Both the position numbers and the translations under genes were made by a program. Below, piece by piece: positions 8,982-18,142 of a DNA stretch of 64,000 nucleotides (position 1 is its first letter; each line of letters starts with the position of its first letter). The notes below the pieces were generated by a model. That model was not told the DNA's origin. It did not search any database and was given only the letters and a program-made list of their open reading frames with translations. Source of the DNA: Geminicoccaceae bacterium (GTDB lineage Bacteria > Pseudomonadota > Alphaproteobacteria > Geminicoccales > Geminicoccaceae); NCBI GenBank assembly GCA_036796215.1, contig DAIRDJ010000004.1, positions 2,077 through 66,076 on the forward strand, in the 5' to 3' direction.

Positions 8982-9799
8982 GCCCGGGCCCGACGGAGCT
9001 TGGGATCGAGAAGGTCGCGCAAGCCGTCGCCCAGCAGATTGAGCCCGAGGACCGAGAGCACGATGCACAAGCCCGGATAGATCGCGAGCTCGGGTGCGAG
9101 GAACATGAAGGTCTGCGCCTCGTTCAGCATCTTGCCCCAGGACGGGTTGGGCGGCTGGGCGCCGAGGCCGAGATAGGAGAGCCCCGCCTCGGCCAGGATG
9201 GCAAGCGCGAACTGGATGGTCGCCTGGACGATCACGAGAGGTGCGAGGTTGGGCAGGATGTGGCCCGTGGTGATCCGCAAGCCGCCTTTGCCCGCGAGCC
9301 GCGCTGCGGCCACGAAGTCGCGTTGCCAGAGCGAGAGGGCAGCCCCCCGGGTGAGGCGGGCGAAGACCGGGATGTTGAAGATGCCGATGGCGATGATGGC
9401 ATTCACCGCCCCCGGTCCCCAGATCGCGGTGATCATCACGGCCGTCAGCAGCGCCGGGAACGCGAAGGCGAAGTCCGAGAGCCGCATCACGAGCTCGTCG
9501 AGCCAGCCGCCCCGGGCACTTGCCATGGCACCGAGCGGCACGCCCATGCCGATGCCGATCCCAACGGCGACGACGGCCACCAGGATCGAGTTCGCCGCCC
9601 CCTTCAAGAGCAGCGAGAGGAGATCCCGGCCGAAGGGGTCGGTGCCGAGCCAATGGTCGGCAGAGGGACCAGCCAAACGATTGGCGACATCGATCGCGCC
9701 GACAGGGTAGGGGGTCCAGACCAGCGAGACGAGGCCGGCGGCGACCAGCGCAAGGCTCAACGCCCCACCGACCCAGAGCGCCCAGTACCTAGTGAGCAT
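8978..9799 (-). CDS. PepT-type ABC transporter permease, DppC-like
   Basis: ORF 8978..9799. HWLGTDPFGRDLLS motif, multiple TM segments, ATGA overlap with the ATPase gene. Confidence 0.85.
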   Translation of the reverse strand: MLTRYWALWVGGALSLALVAAGLVSLVWTPYPVGAIDVANRLAGPSADHWLGTDPFGRDLLSLLLKGAANSILVAVVAVGIGIGMGVPLGAMASARGGWLDELVMRLSDFAFAFPALLTAVMITAIWGPGAVNAIIAIGIFNIPVFARLTRGAALSLWQRDFVAAARLAGKGGLRITTGHILPNLAPLVIVQATIQFALAILAEAGLSYLGLGAQPPNPSWGKMLNEAQTFMFLAPELAIYPGLCIVLSVLGLNLLGDGLRDLLDPKLRRARA

Positions 9800-10736
9800 G
9801 CCGAAGCCTCGGGTCGAGCCAGAGGTAGAGAAGGTCGACCACGAAATTGACGATGATAACGAGTGCCGCGATCACGACGACCAGATCGCGCACCACGGTG
9901 AGATCCCGCTGGGCGATCGCCTGGAAGGTCAGGCGGCCGATGCCGGGGAGGGAGAAGACGTTCTCGATGATGATCGTGCCGGCGACCAGGAACGAGAACT
10001 GCAGGCCCATGATGGTGACGACCGGGATCAGCGCGTTGGGCACCGCGTGCTGCCAGACGGCCTCCCGGCGGGTGAGCCCCTTGGCCCGGGCGGTGCGGAC
10101 ATAGTCCTCGTTGAGCGCTTCGAGGACGGCCGAACGGGTAAGGCGGGCGAGGATCGCCGCCTGCGGCAACGCGAGCGCCACCGCCGGCACCAAGAGCGAG
10201 CGCAGAGCGGGCCACCAACCCGCGTCCCATCCTGGAAAGCCTCCGGCCGGAACCCAGCCGAGCCAAACGGCAAACAGCAGCACGAGCAGCATGGCGAACC
10301 AGAAGTTCGGCACGGCCACACCGAGTTGGGTGATACCCATGACGGCGGTATCCGAGAAGTGGCCCCGCCGGCTGGCGGCGAAGACACCGACGGGGATGGC
10401 GATTGCGGTCGAGAGGACAATCGCGAGAAGGGCCAAAGGCAGGCTGACCACCGAGCGCTCGGCGATGAGCTGGGCCACCGGCACGCCATAGGTGTAGCTC
10501 GCCCCCAATTCGCCCCGGACGAGCCCGCCGACCCAGACGAAATAGCGTTCCAAGGGCGGCCGATCGAGGCCGAGTTGGGCGCGCAGGGCGGCGAGTGTGT
10601 CGGCACGAGCCCCGGTGCCGAGAATCACCGAGGCCGGATCCCCGGGCAACAACTCGAGCACCACGAACACCACCACGGTCGCGGCCCACAAGGTGAGAAG
10701 CGTCGTCGCCAAGCGGCGCACCAGCAGAACGGCCAA
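9789..10736 (-). CDS. PepT-type ABC transporter permease, DppB-like
   Basis: ORF 9789..10736 (TTG start). LPGDPASVILG motif and an EAA-type loop (YVRTARAKGL). Confidence 0.85.
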   Translation of the reverse strand: MAVLLVRRLATTLLTLWAATVVVFVVLELLPGDPASVILGTGARADTLAALRAQLGLDRPPLERYFVWVGGLVRGELGASYTYGVPVAQLIAERSVVSLPLALLAIVLSTAIAIPVGVFAASRRGHFSDTAVMGITQLGVAVPNFWFAMLLVLLFAVWLGWVPAGGFPGWDAGWWPALRSLLVPAVALALPQAAILARLTRSAVLEALNEDYVRTARAKGLTRREAVWQHAVPNALIPVVTIMGLQFSFLVAGTIIIENVFSLPGIGRLTFQAIAQRDLTVVRDLVVVIAALVIIVNFVVDLLYLWLDPRLRHAH

Positions 10737-11462
10737 GCCCGAGCCCTGTCGAAATCCGGGCGCACCCTAGCGGGTCTGGAGCGATCGGGCGATAGCGTAC
10801 TGGCCTTCTCCGACAATCGTGCCCGACTGTCCACGCGCCCAGCGGCCGTGCGCTGTGCCAAGATGGCCTCGTCCGCTTCGGGCCGGGTGCGGACATGGTC
10901 GAAGCGAGGGCCGTGCCCTTCCAGCCTGACCGCGATTTTCGACGGTAGGCAAGCCACTCACCGCGGCCTCAATCGCAGCCGCCTGGGCCTCGCTTGGCTC
11001 CAGCTAGACATGGAGCATGCCGTGCTCGCGACAGGTCTGGCAGTGTTCGTGTGATCGACCTTTCGACGGCCAGGTCCGGTTTCGCCGCGCGCGAGAGTGA
11101 TCCGCGGGTAAATGATCGTTCGGCGTCTGTTGGACCGGGACCCGCCATTCGAGAGCGCGGCCCGACCGGGCGTCTGACGCTGCCGTCGCCGGGCCGGGCA
11201 TCCCTATAGAAAGAGGCGTCCTCGCGATGCCGCCGGGCAAACTGAGGAAAATGCGAGTCAACCGTGGCTGGCGCCGTGAACCCCGGCTGCGGCGCCCCGC
11301 CGAACATGTCGCGAGAGCTTACAGCCAGGGTCGAGTCGCTGGCGCATTTTGGCAGCAGCAGGCCGTGCGGCCATCACCTTCGTTGCCATGCCCCATCCGC
11401 CCGCGCCGCCTCGCGCCGCCGGCCGACCACATCGACCGACCAGCTTACAGTTTTTCTATCTG

Positions 11463-11491
11463 TTGGTCAAAGCGTCGAGATTTTTTACAAT
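11463..11491 (+). promoter_or_regulatory. Candidate sigma-70-type promoter of the glycan operon (TTGGTC-N17-TACAAT)
   Basis: Near-consensus -35/-10 hexamers with a 17-nt spacer inside the most AT-rich stretch of the window, about 290 nt upstream of the first operon gene. Confidence 0.35.
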
Positions 11492-11776
11492 AAATGATTA
11501 ACAAGAATTGCGCTTGACCGGCCAATTCTAAATCGGCATATCCCGGTGCAACCGATTCGGGGTCCGTGACGCGTGTCATTGTTGAAGATTGTTGGCGGCA
11601 TGGGTTATGAAGAAGACGTTTTCGACAAGACCAAAAGGGCCCTTGTGCTGCGGTTTAGTTAAAAATTACTTGTGAAGAGACAATTCATGGTTGATCAAGG
11701 TAGGTCCATCGGCATGGCCTTGCCGACTGAGCGCCTTTCGATGGCAAGCTGCGGGAACGGTGACGGGCAGGAGCGA

Positions 11777-12985
11777 ATGGACTTGGGTAGCAGCGCTATG
11801 AACTCGGCGGGCGAAAACGCTGGTTGCACGGCAACGGTCGGCAACGCTGTGTCGACCGCCGCAGCGGAACGGGGCGGCAGGCTGCGAGTGGGCGTAGTGG
11901 GTTGCGGCTATTGGGGGGCCAAGCATGTGCGCGTGCTGAGCGGTCTCGCCGACGTTGGCCGGGTCGTCGTCATCGATCGCGACCCGGCGATTCGCGCCGC
12001 CATCACCGCCGCGTTCCCGGCTGTCGAAAGCTGCGCCAGCCTGGAGGGCGCATTGCCACTGGTCGACGCGCTCGTGGTCGCGACGCCCCCGCAGAGCCAT
12101 GCGAATGTTGCCCTGGCCGGCATCGCTGCGGGCAAGCACGTGATGATCGAGAAGCCGATGACAGCGACTCTGGCCGACGCGCGGCGGCTGGTTGCCGCTG
12201 CCGATGCTGCAGGCGTCGTTCTCATGGCGGGGCACACATTCGAGTTCAACCCGGCGGTGCGCGAACTGCGGCGGCGGCTGGATCGGGGCGAGCTTGGTCG
12301 GCCCTACTACATTCATTCGGCGCGGCTCAACCTCGGTCTTTTCCGCTCTGATGTCGACGTCGTCTGGGACCTCGCACCACACGACATCTCGATCATGAAC
12401 TATTTGCTCGGCGCTGTTCCCGATCGGGTCTCGGCCTGGGGCTCGGCGCATGCCTGCCGTGAGGTCAACGACCTCGCCTATATCAAGCTGCATTACGACA
12501 GCCTCGGCGTGACGGGACATGTCCACGTCTCCTGGCTCGATCCCCGGAAGGTGCGGACCGTGACGGTCGTCGGCAGCCAGAAGATGGCCATCTACGACGA
12601 TGTCGCCGACGAGCGCTTGCGCATCTTCGATTGTGGTGTGGAGGCTGGCGATCCGGTTGGTGGTGACGATTCGCTCGTCCCCTACGAGCGTCCGTTCGCC
12701 TATCGGCACGGCGACATCGTCTCGCCCCGCATCTCCGGCGAGGAGCCGCTGATGCTCGAAAATCGCCACTTCGTCGATTGCATCCGTGGCGCTGCCGAGC
12801 CGCTCAGCGACGGCCGCAGCGGCCTTGCCGTGGTCGCGGTCCTCGACGCCGTTGATCGCGCCGTCGCCAGGGGTGAGACCGTCGAGGTCGCGTCGATCCC
12901 GCAACGGCGGCAGCGGCCGTCACCAGACCGAGCGGCATACCGGGCGCCCGCGTCCGTCGTCGCCCAGCAGTATCGAGTCGCCTGA
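11777..12985 (+). CDS. Gfo/Idh/MocA-family NAD-dependent sugar oxidoreductase (WbpB/GnnA-like 3-dehydrogenase candidate)
   Basis: ORF 11672..12985. Rossmann motif LRVGVVGCGYWGAKH and MIEKPM motif. Start set to ATG 11777 (AGGAG 5 nt upstream); the exact start is uncertain. Confidence 0.8.
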   Translation: MDLGSSAMNSAGENAGCTATVGNAVSTAAAERGGRLRVGVVGCGYWGAKHVRVLSGLADVGRVVVIDRDPAIRAAITAAFPAVESCASLEGALPLVDALVVATPPQSHANVALAGIAAGKHVMIEKPMTATLADARRLVAAADAAGVVLMAGHTFEFNPAVRELRRRLDRGELGRPYYIHSARLNLGLFRSDVDVVWDLAPHDISIMNYLLGAVPDRVSAWGSAHACREVNDLAYIKLHYDSLGVTGHVHVSWLDPRKVRTVTVVGSQKMAIYDDVADERLRIFDCGVEAGDPVGGDDSLVPYERPFAYRHGDIVSPRISGEEPLMLENRHFVDCIRGAAEPLSDGRSGLAVVAVLDAVDRAVARGETVEVASIPQRRQRPSPDRAAYRAPASVVAQQYRVA

Positions 12986-13075
12986 GTCCAAGAGGTGCCC
13001 TGAAGCCGGTGATCCGTTCGATCCCCTAGCCGTCTTGCCCGTCCTCAGCCCCGCCCGCCTGGAAGGCTCTCGTTG

Positions 13076-14230
13076 ATGACCGACACCGTTCCCTTTCTCG
13101 ACCTCGCCCGGTCGCACGCCGAGCTGCGTGCCGAGGTCGACGACGCCTGGCACCGGGCGGTCGACAGCTCGGGCTTCATCGGTGGCGCCGCGGTGGAGCG
13201 CTTCGAGACGGATTGGGCCGCCTATTGCGGCACCCGCCATTGCGTCGGCGTCAGCGATGGCACGGCCGCGATCGAGCTCGCACTCGCCGCGCTGCGCATC
13301 GGCCCAGGTGACGAGGTGATCGTGCCGGCAAATACCTTCATCGCGACGGTGGAGGCCGTGACGAAGGTCGCAGCCGTCCCGGTCTTCGCCGATGTCGATC
13401 CCGCGACCCTGTTGCTCGATCCGAACGCAGCGGCAGCGGCAATTGGGCCGCGCACCCGGGCGATCATCGCTGTCCACCTCTATGGTCAGCCTTGCGACAT
13501 GGACGTGCTGCAACCCCTCGCCGATCGCCATGGCCTCGAGCTGATCGAGGACGCGGCGCAGGCGCACGGTGCTACCTGGCGTGGCCGGCGAGCGGGCTCC
13601 CTGGGGCGTGTCGGTTGCTTCAGCTTTTATCCCGGCAAGAATCTGGGGGCTTTCGGCGATGCCGGGGCGGTGACCACCGACGATCCGGCGATCGCCCAGG
13701 AAATCCGCAGCCGCGCCAATCACGGTCGGCCGCTGGGCATCGCCGAGCGCTGCGATGTGCTTGACGGCAACCACCGCCTTGATGCCTTGCAGGCCGCGAT
13801 TTTGGCCGTCAAGCTCCGCCACCTCGATCGCTGGAACGCCGCGCGGGCTGCTGTGATGCAGCGCTACGTGGCCGAGCTCGGCCCGGCGGGTTTGGCCTTC
13901 CCGACCATCCGCGACGAGGCGACCAGCAGCTGCCATCTTGCGATTGCCCTCGTTCCCGACCGCGACGAGGTGCGCCGGCGACTCGCGGCCGCCGGAATCG
14001 CCACTGGCATCCACTACGCCATTCCCTGCCACCGTCAGCCGGCCTGCGCCGAGCTCGTGGCGCGCGCCCGTCTCGCACCAGAGGTGCCGGTGGTCGACGC
14101 GACCGCGGGCCGACTCCTGTCGCTGCCGCTATTCCCGCAGCTCACCGGCGGAGAGGTGCAGCGGGTGATCGATGCGGTCACGGCGATCCTTGCGACGACT
14201 GACCCGGCGATCAGGGACCGGGCTGCATGA
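13076..14230 (+). CDS. DegT/DnrJ/EryC1/StrS-family PLP-dependent sugar aminotransferase
   Basis: ORF 13073..14230. VPFLDL start, GGAAVERFE, DGTAAIELAL, IVPANTFIAT and FSFYPGKNLGAFGDAG motifs. Confidence 0.85.
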   Translation: MTDTVPFLDLARSHAELRAEVDDAWHRAVDSSGFIGGAAVERFETDWAAYCGTRHCVGVSDGTAAIELALAALRIGPGDEVIVPANTFIATVEAVTKVAAVPVFADVDPATLLLDPNAAAAAIGPRTRAIIAVHLYGQPCDMDVLQPLADRHGLELIEDAAQAHGATWRGRRAGSLGRVGCFSFYPGKNLGAFGDAGAVTTDDPAIAQEIRSRANHGRPLGIAERCDVLDGNHRLDALQAAILAVKLRHLDRWNAARAAVMQRYVAELGPAGLAFPTIRDEATSSCHLAIALVPDRDEVRRRLAAAGIATGIHYAIPCHRQPACAELVARARLAPEVPVVDATAGRLLSLPLFPQLTGGEVQRVIDAVTAILATTDPAIRDRAA

Positions 14231-15432
14231 CCAGCGCCGAGCTCACCGGCAGTAGAACAGGCGAGTCGGCCATCGCTCTCGGTTCAGCGGTCGGAAGCAG
14301 CGCTGGCGATGCTCTGCTGTGGCCGTGCGCGGGCGTTGTCCCGAGCCCCGCCGAGCGGGCCTGGGATCGCTTCGTCGAGGCGCATCCGGGCGGTGATGTG
14401 GTGCAGACGGCGGCTTGGGCGCAAAGCAAGCAGGCGACGGGATTTGCCGTGGCGGTTGCGGTGAGCCGTGACGCCAGTGGCGTGATCGCCGGCGGTGGAC
14501 TTGTGATCGCGCGACGGGTGGCGCTGGCCGGTGGGCGCTTGCCGGTGGCGACTGTGGGTTACGTTGCCCGCGGCCCGCTGGTGACGAGCACCGATGCGGC
14601 CACGATCGACCGGGTGCTGGACTCGGTCGAGGCGGCGGCGCGCCGGCTCGGTATCATGCACCTCGTCGTCCAGCCGTCGAGTGACGGTGCCGCGATCGCA
14701 GCGCGACTCGTGCAGCGCGGCTACGACGCTGGTGCCATGGCGGTAGCGCCGACGGCGACACTGGTGATCGATCTGACGCCTGACCTCGACAGCGTCTTTG
14801 CGGGGATGTCCGCGTCGCAGCGGCGCAATCTGCGCAAGGCGAAGAAACTGGGCGTCCGGGTGCGCCGCGCCGCCGACACTGACCTTTCGACCTTCCATGC
14901 CCTGCAGGAAGCGACCGCCGCTCGGCAAGGCTATCAACCGCTGTCCCTCGCGTATCTGGAGGCGCAGTGGCAAGCATTGCGGCCGCTCGGCGCCATCGAG
15001 ATCTTCCTCGTATCCGCGCCCGACGCCCCGGAGCGGCCGATTGCGGGCACGTTGGTGACTGCCTATGCCGGCAGGGTCACGGACAAGATCCCGGGCTGGA
15101 CCGGCGAGGCTCCGGCTTTGCAGCCCAATGTCGCCTGCATCTGGGAGGCAATCACCTGGGCCAAGGCCGGGGGGTTTCGTCACTTCGATCTCGGTGGGCT
15201 GCCAAGGGATGCGGCAGCAGCACTCTTGGCCGGCGACCGCACCAGGGAAGCACATGGCGAGCGCAACCCTGCCGCCTTCAAGGCCCGTTTCGGTGGCAGC
15301 GTCGTGATGTTGCCCGAGGCGCTGCAGCGCACCTTCAACCCGGTTCTGCGCCCGGCCCTCCGCTTCGCCTGGCGCCAGCTGGTCACCAGTCCCCGCCTCA
15401 AGTCATTTGTGAACGGTCTGCGCAATGGTTGA
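14227..15432 (+). CDS. FemAB-family (lipid II:aminoacyl-transferase-like) GNAT-fold protein
   Basis: ORF 14227..15432. VVQTAAWAQSK..., RGPLV, QRRNLRKAKKLGV, YAG...IPGW, WEAITWAKAGGFRHFDLGG follow the FemX/FemAB layout. ATGA overlap with the aminotransferase gene. Confidence 0.65.
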   Translation: MTSAELTGSRTGESAIALGSAVGSSAGDALLWPCAGVVPSPAERAWDRFVEAHPGGDVVQTAAWAQSKQATGFAVAVAVSRDASGVIAGGGLVIARRVALAGGRLPVATVGYVARGPLVTSTDAATIDRVLDSVEAAARRLGIMHLVVQPSSDGAAIAARLVQRGYDAGAMAVAPTATLVIDLTPDLDSVFAGMSASQRRNLRKAKKLGVRVRRAADTDLSTFHALQEATAARQGYQPLSLAYLEAQWQALRPLGAIEIFLVSAPDAPERPIAGTLVTAYAGRVTDKIPGWTGEAPALQPNVACIWEAITWAKAGGFRHFDLGGLPRDAAAALLAGDRTREAHGERNPAAFKARFGGSVVMLPEALQRTFNPVLRPALRFAWRQLVTSPRLKSFVNGLRNG

Positions 15433-16078
15433 TCATCCGCCCGCCGCCACCCTTGGGCGCGGCCGCATCGACGGTCAGCGCCTGTTCGACCTGACCCTCA
15501 CCATCCCGATCCTGATTCTAATCGCACCCGTGCTTCTGCTTGCCGCCATCGCGGTCGGGCTGACCAGTCGCGGGCCCGTGCTGTTTCGCCAGATCCGCGT
15601 TGGCCGGGGCGAACAGCCGTTCTGGATGCTCAAGTTCCGCACGATGTACGTCGATGCCGACCATCGCTTGCAGGAAGAGATGAATCGCCGCGAGCTGATG
15701 GGTGAGGCGGTCGCCGAGAACGGTCTTTACAAGCCCGCACTCGATCCGCGGATCACCCCGGTCGGTCAGGTTCTGCGCAAGAGCAGCATCGACGAGCTGC
15801 CCCAGCTCTTCAATGTTCTGAAGGGCGAGATGTCGCTGGTTGGTCCACGTCCCGCCTTGCCATTCGAGGTCGAGCTGTTCACGCCCGAGGAGCGGCGCCG
15901 CCACGACTGCCGCCCCGGGATCACCGGCGTTTGGCAGGTCTGCGGCCGCAATCGCTTGTCCATGCGCAAGATGCTCGCGCTCGATCTCGTCTACGTCAAC
16001 TACCGCTCGTTCAAGCTCGATCTTTGGGTGCTCCTGAAGACCCCGAAGGCCGTTCTGTTCGAGCGGGCGACGCGCTGA
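15425..16078 (+). CDS. Small monotopic phosphoglycosyl transferase (bacterial sugar transferase family, PglC/WbaP C-domain type)
   Basis: ORF 15425..16078. LFDLTLTIPILILIAPVLLL re-entrant helix, GPVLFRQIRVG, KFRTM, DELPQLFNVLKGEMSLVGPRP. Confidence 0.9.
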   Translation: MVDHPPAATLGRGRIDGQRLFDLTLTIPILILIAPVLLLAAIAVGLTSRGPVLFRQIRVGRGEQPFWMLKFRTMYVDADHRLQEEMNRRELMGEAVAENGLYKPALDPRITPVGQVLRKSSIDELPQLFNVLKGEMSLVGPRPALPFEVELFTPEERRRHDCRPGITGVWQVCGRNRLSMRKMLALDLVYVNYRSFKLDLWVLLKTPKAVLFERATR

Positions 16079-16088
16079 GCGTACGCCG

Positions 16089-17039
16089 GTGACGACACTC
16101 CTGATCGCCACCACGGGCGGCCACCTGGCACAGCTGGTGGAACTTGCCGGACGACTGCCCGGCATCGGCCCCGAGCGGCTCTGGGTGACGTTCGATACGC
16201 CGCAGAGCCGCTCGCTCTTGGCCGGCCAGGCGGTGCGTTTCATCCCGTTCATCCACGAGCGTGACGTGTTGGGCGTCGCCCGCGGGACCGCGATCTGCCG
16301 GCAGCTGTTCAAGGAGTTGCCCATCGAGGCCGTCGTCAGCACCGGCTCGGCTATCGCTTTGGCCTTTCTTCCCTATGCGGCGCTGCGTGGGGTTCCGGCC
16401 CACTACATCGAAAGCTCGGCCAGGGTAGGGGCGCCCTCTCTCACCGGTCGCCTGCTCGCCGGCATGCCCGGCATCCGGCTCTATCGGCAGTACCCGCACG
16501 CCGCGACCGGCCGCTGGGTCTATGGCGGCTCGGTTTTCGATGTGTTCGCCGTCGCCCCCGGTCTCGTCGAGGCCGCCCCGGTGCGCCGCGCAGTCGTTAC
16601 CCTGGGCAGCGTCGAGCAGAGCTTTCGCCGACTGCTCGACCATCTGGTCCCACTCCTGCGCGCGGATGCCGAGGTGCTCTGGCAGACCGGACACACGCCG
16701 ACCGACGGCCTCGGCATCGAGGCGCGCCCGTTCCTGCCGGCAAGCGAGCTCGCCGGTGCCATGGCCACGGCCGACGTCGTCGTGGCTCACGCCGGTTGCG
16801 GCTCCGCTCTTGGAGCGCTCAATGCCGGCAAGCTGCCGATCCTCGTCCCCCGCGATGCCGCTCGAGGCGAGCTTGTGGATGGCCATCAGATCGAGCTCGC
16901 GCGCTGGCTCGCCGGGCGCGGCCTCGCCTTGCACCGGTCGCCCGAGAGCCTGACCTTGGCCGACCTCGAGCACGCGGCTGCAGTGCGGGTGCGGCGCACG
17001 GTCGAACCGCCACCCTTTGCCTTGGCGAGTGCAGCATGA
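16089..17039 (+). CDS. Fused Alg14-like / Alg13-like (GT28 C-terminal, MurG-fold) glycosyltransferase
   Basis: ORF 16089..17039 (GTG). The N-terminal half LLIATTGGHLAQL is Alg14/PssD-like. The C-terminal half VVTLGS...VVAHAGCGSALGALNAGKLPILVPR...GELVDGHQIELA is Glyco_tran_28_C/PssE-like. Confidence 0.75.
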   Translation: MTTLLIATTGGHLAQLVELAGRLPGIGPERLWVTFDTPQSRSLLAGQAVRFIPFIHERDVLGVARGTAICRQLFKELPIEAVVSTGSAIALAFLPYAALRGVPAHYIESSARVGAPSLTGRLLAGMPGIRLYRQYPHAATGRWVYGGSVFDVFAVAPGLVEAAPVRRAVVTLGSVEQSFRRLLDHLVPLLRADAEVLWQTGHTPTDGLGIEARPFLPASELAGAMATADVVVAHAGCGSALGALNAGKLPILVPRDAARGELVDGHQIELARWLAGRGLALHRSPESLTLADLEHAAAVRVRRTVEPPPFALASAA

Positions 17040-18142
17040 CTGCCGTTGCATCTATCCGACTGCGTGATGGACTGTTTGGTGCCGATCCGGATGACACTGC
17101 GCTCATGGCGCTGCGCCCCGATGATCCGCGCTACGCCGCCTTTGCCGAGCGGCACGCTTTTGCTGGCTTGTTCACCTCACCGCCCTGGCTGCGGGCGCTC
17201 GAGGTCGCCTATGGCTTCACCGTTGAGATCGCCACCCTTTGCCGCGCCGGTGCGATCGTGGCCGCCATTCCTCATTGTCGTCTCGATGATCTGCGTGGCC
17301 CGCGGGTCGTTGCACCCCCGTTCTCCGACTACGGCGATCCCCTGGTCGAAAGTCCAATCGATCTCTCGCTGCTGCTCGAGCATCTCGCGGCCTTCGGCTG
17401 CGGTCTGCGCCTGCGCACGCTGCGCAACCCGCTGCCTGCGCAACATGCCACGCTACAGACCACCGGTGAGGCGTTCTGGCACGGTATCGACCTGGATCGC
17501 CCGCTCGAGACGATTTGGGCCGGGCTCGATGCCTCTGCCCGGCAGAACTGCCGCAAGGCGGAGCGCGGCGGTGTGACCGTGCGGATCGGCTGCAGCGAGG
17601 CGGATCTGGACCTGTTCCACCGCATGCACGTGCATGTGCGCAAGACCAAGTACCGGATGCTGGCCCAGCCCGTCGGCCTCTTTACCGCGATTCAGAGCAC
17701 GTTCACCGTACCGCCCGGGAGCAGCGACGACGTCGCGGTGGTGATCGCCGAAGTGGATGGCGAGCCGATCGCCGGGATCATGCTGATGCTCTGGCAGGGA
17801 ACCGCCTATTACAAATTCAATGCATCATTCGATACCCGACTACGGCCCAACGACCTCCTCGCATGGCACGCGATCCGTTACGCCAAAGAACGCGACTGTC
17901 GTGCGTTCGACTTCGGCATTTCCGATACCGACCAGCCCGGTCTCGTTCGCTACAAGCGCAAATTCGCGACCGAGGAGAAGCTGATGCGGCAGCTGATGCT
18001 GCCGTCGCCACGAGCCACCGCACCGCATGAGCAAATGGCTGGCCGGACCCTCGGCCGGCTGACCGAGCTCCTGACCCGTCCCGAAGTACCCGATGCCGTC
18101 ACAAGGGAGGCTGGCGATGCCCTCTACCGCTATTTCGCCTGA
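17036..18142 (+). CDS. BioF2-like / CelD-type GNAT-fold acyl(aminoacyl)transferase
   Basis: Real part of ORF 16796..18142 from MTAVASIR (ATG 17036, ATGA overlap). ARQNCRKAERGGV, GTAYYKFNASFD, CRAFDFGISD, LVRYKRKFA resemble Acetyltransf_6-type proteins. Confidence 0.6.
   Translation: MTAVASIRLRDGLFGADPDDTALMALRPDDPRYAAFAERHAFAGLFTSPPWLRALEVAYGFTVEIATLCRAGAIVAAIPHCRLDDLRGPRVVAPPFSDYGDPLVESPIDLSLLLEHLAAFGCGLRLRTLRNPLPAQHATLQTTGEAFWHGIDLDRPLETIWAGLDASARQNCRKAERGGVTVRIGCSEADLDLFHRMHVHVRKTKYRMLAQPVGLFTAIQSTFTVPPGSSDDVAVVIAEVDGEPIAGIMLMLWQGTAYYKFNASFDTRLRPNDLLAWHAIRYAKERDCRAFDFGISDTDQPGLVRYKRKFATEEKLMRQLMLPSPRATAPHEQMAGRTLGRLTELLTRPEVPDAVTREAGDALYRYFA

Noticed and set aside
11004-11261. 85-aa minus-strand ORF ending HEHCQTCREHGMLHV (a CxxC-like motif) in the ORF-less gap
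   Set aside because: The composition is shadow-like (Arg/Pro/Ser-rich), there is no RBS and no recognisable fold or family. I keep it only as part of the unexplained gap finding.
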